Source: Syntrophales bacterium
GTDB lineage: Bacteria; Desulfobacterota; Syntrophia; Syntrophales; UBA2210
DNA: 64,000 bases
Direction of reading: 5' to 3'
NCBI GenBank assembly: GCA_963662405.2
Contig: CAXXKT010000001.1
Location: 2,144,001 to 2,208,000 of the forward strand
In this document: piece after piece, positions 61,806 through 64,000 of the stretch
Layout of the letters: every line of letters begins with the position of its first letter
How positions within the stretch are numbered: position 1 is the first letter of the stretch
Notes under the pieces: model-generated
The model's database searches: none
What the model saw: the letters and a program-made list of their open reading frames with translations, nothing else
Told to the model about the DNA's origin: nothing
Program-made: the position numbers and the translations under genes

Positions 61806-62657
61806 ATGAAAAAAACGGGGTGGGTCGTTCTTGCCGTTGTCGGAGTGGTTCTGGCTGCTTTTCTGATTTTTTTCTTTAAAGACTCCTTATTCCCGGGCGC
61901 GAAGACCACTGCGGTTAAAAAACAGACAGAGGCGGTTTCAGAACAATCCGAGCCCCCCCGCGATGAGATCGTCCGAAAAAAGATACCGGTTTCACCACGG
62001 GAGGAACCGGCATCCAGCCCACGAGCCGTGAAGGAAATTACCCGTGATATCCTGCAGGAACGCGTGGAAGGATTCTTTTCTTATCTCGATCGACAGGAAT
62101 ACATCCAGGCATACGGGCTTCCCGAGGGGACCTATCAGTACTTCCTGGATAGTACCGCTGACCTTGCTTCCCGTCCCCCCGTTGTATCGGGCGAGATGGA
62201 TGATCTCTCTCTCCTGAGGAGCAACATGGCTCATTTCTTCCGTGTCGTCGGAAGAAACGATATCCGGCTGGTCCTGGACGTCCTCTCCCACGAGAGGGAA
62301 GGGATCGAGGATGACATGGCGATCCTGTTCGAGTGGGGGATGAGGGAGGCGCAGAAGGAGGAAGGCGCAATCGAGGCCGATATGAATACGCTGTATGAGT
62401 ACTCGGTCTTTTTCCTCAATACGGTCGGAGGAAAGGCGTATCTCCTGAGGCGGGAATCACGGATCCGGATCCTTCTCACTTACTATGCCATCCTGATCCT
62501 TGACAGGGCGCATGAGCAGCACCTGAATCGTCATGGTGTTGATATCTCACCCCATCTCACCCTCCTGATGAATGATATCAAACGGTACAAGGGGTTGGAT
62601 CGCAAGGCGCGATACCTTGAGCAATTAAACGCGGTAGCGAGGCGGCATCAACGGTAA
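61806..62657 (+). CDS. Hypothetical membrane-anchored exported protein
   Basis: N-terminal TM segment, long ORF with host codon usage. Confidence 0.7.
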   Translation: MKKTGWVVLAVVGVVLAAFLIFFFKDSLFPGAKTTAVKKQTEAVSEQSEPPRDEIVRKKIPVSPREEPASSPRAVKEITRDILQERVEGFFSYLDRQEYIQAYGLPEGTYQYFLDSTADLASRPPVVSGEMDDLSLLRSNMAHFFRVVGRNDIRLVLDVLSHEREGIEDDMAILFEWGMREAQKEEGAIEADMNTLYEYSVFFLNTVGGKAYLLRRESRIRILLTYYAILILDRAHEQHLNRHGVDISPHLTLLMNDIKRYKGLDRKARYLEQLNAVARRHQR

Positions 62658-62702
62658 CAAGACGGGTCCGGGCTGACCATCAGCATGGATCTTCTCCCGT
62701 CC

Positions 62703-63878
62703 CTAGGAAAGAATCCCCTTGTGTCTCCGGTACCAGATATTGGGAAACATCCGGTACAGGATCTTGGAAGGGGTGCCGATATATTCCTTGTTCCGTTTGT
62801 CGAACTGGCATGCCTGTATGATCTGTTCCCGGATTTCATCCCGGCTGGTCACTTCGTGAAATACCTTGTAGGCGCAGTGAAACAGCGGGCTGTACATATT
62901 TTTCTTTTCCAGGTACCGGTGCACGTTCTTAATCGTGTTGGGCCCTTCCGGAGTCCCGTCGATTTTTTTCCTGGACCTGATATCCGTTTCGATGGGATTG
63001 CCGTCGAACAGCTCGTAAAAATAACCGCCATACCGGTAATTCTTGCTGGCCTCCGATGAGAGGGTGACGTACATGTCGCCGACCCCCGCCTGGCTGTGAA
63101 ATGACTGGAAACTTCCCCCCAGCAGTTTTGACAGGGAGCGGACCTCCACCCCTGATCGCGCGAAGATCGTGCCGGGGAAAGAGCTGCCCAGTTTCAACTG
63201 GTCGGATACCCCTTTGATGTTTGCGACGATATTCTTCAGGGCGCCGCACGATTCGATCCCCACCATGTCGAAGTTATAGTAAGAGGTCAGTTCCCGGCGA
63301 TTCAGCTTGAGGAAGTTGTCAATAAAGACCTGGGCTACATGTCGTTCCCCCGCCGTCGTCACGCAGACCGGCCTCCCGGCGGCGATGTCGATGTCGAAGA
63401 AGGGGCCGCCGATGCAGACGATATTAAATTTATGTTTCAGGCCGAAGAGGTGGTTTTTGATCATCTGCGAGGGGGTGATTAACGTGCTGGTCTTCTCATC
63501 GGATGACAGCCCCTTGATCGCCGATACGAGGCAGGTCCTCCCGTTCTTTTTCGCGATCAGCGGCTTGATGTGGCTCAGCAGTTCACCGAGCCGGTTCATG
63601 GTTATCGAAAGGATAATGTAGTCGTGTTCATCGATCACCTTTTCCAGATCATTCGTTGCAACAACACCCGTCAGCCGGGGGACGTTATCAATACCACCCA
63701 GCATCGTTGCCAGATCGTCTGTCAGATGGAGAGGATTGAGATGGGTCCGGTTGATTTCGGTGCAGATCTCGGCGTCGTGGTAATAGATGGTCACCCCTTT
63801 CCCGTCGCGTCTGAACTTGTAGGCAAAGGATGTCCCGAGTCTTCCGGGGCCGATGATCGCCACTTTTGATGTGTCCAT
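62703..63878 (-). CDS. NAD(P)H-dependent glycerol-3-phosphate dehydrogenase family protein (divergent)
   Basis: IIGPGRLG, KG, GP, D..G.E.CGALKN, GVGD..VT, SKNYRYG, EG. Confidence 0.8.
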   Translation of the reverse strand: MDTSKVAIIGPGRLGTSFAYKFRRDGKGVTIYYHDAEICTEINRTHLNPLHLTDDLATMLGGIDNVPRLTGVVATNDLEKVIDEHDYIILSITMNRLGELLSHIKPLIAKKNGRTCLVSAIKGLSSDEKTSTLITPSQMIKNHLFGLKHKFNIVCIGGPFFDIDIAAGRPVCVTTAGERHVAQVFIDNFLKLNRRELTSYYNFDMVGIESCGALKNIVANIKGVSDQLKLGSSFPGTIFARSGVEVRSLSKLLGGSFQSFHSQAGVGDMYVTLSSEASKNYRYGGYFYELFDGNPIETDIRSRKKIDGTPEGPNTIKNVHRYLEKKNMYSPLFHCAYKVFHEVTSRDEIREQIIQACQFDKRNKEYIGTPSKILYRMFPNIWYRRHKGILS

Positions 63879-64000
63879 GTCCTCTCCTTTATCGCGAAGG
63901 GGTACGATTCCGTCCGTGCGTGGCCCGGCTTCGCGAACTCATAACCCTTATCCGAAAACACTGGAGGATAATAGGATAGCGATCGTTTGTCAACATCCGA

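Noticed and set aside
1..64000. rRNA, tRNA, CRISPR arrays, integrase, prophage or defence genes
   Set aside because: None recognised by eye; tRNAscan and CRISPR detection tools were not run

Overview
Bacterial chromosomal window. Gene content (IPTL-CTERM protein, TRAP transporter with USP, CCG-domain Fe-S protein, class III RNR, PilT pair) suggests an anaerobic Desulfobacterota/Syntrophales-like deltaproteobacterium; this is an inference. About 55 CDS are present, including a ugp glycerol-3-phosphate ABC transporter, two MCPs under a sigma28-like promoter, nrdD, an ilvBNCD operon, pilT/pilU, coaE, rfbB and a gpsA-like gene. I recognised no rRNA, tRNA or CRISPR array. Highlights: (1) a visibly AT-richer island of about 13 kb (39.5-52.9 kb) encoding a candidate uncharacterised organic-acid pathway (GntR, atypical FAD oxidoreductase, Fe-S partner, DRE-TIM condensing enzyme, TRAP, PrpD, SDR), ending in an IS3 remnant fused to a truncated cheW; (2) a 740-codon IPTL-CTERM surface-protein frame interrupted by one in-frame TAG and one in-frame TGA, the TGA followed by a SECIS-like hairpin; (3) adjacent GNAT-HDAC and rubrerythrin-thioesterase fusions; (4) an Ile/Val-rich leader-peptide attenuator upstream of ilvB; (5) tandem NrdR-like boxes in front of a non-RNR gene. 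All family calls come from motif recognition by eye; no database search was run.
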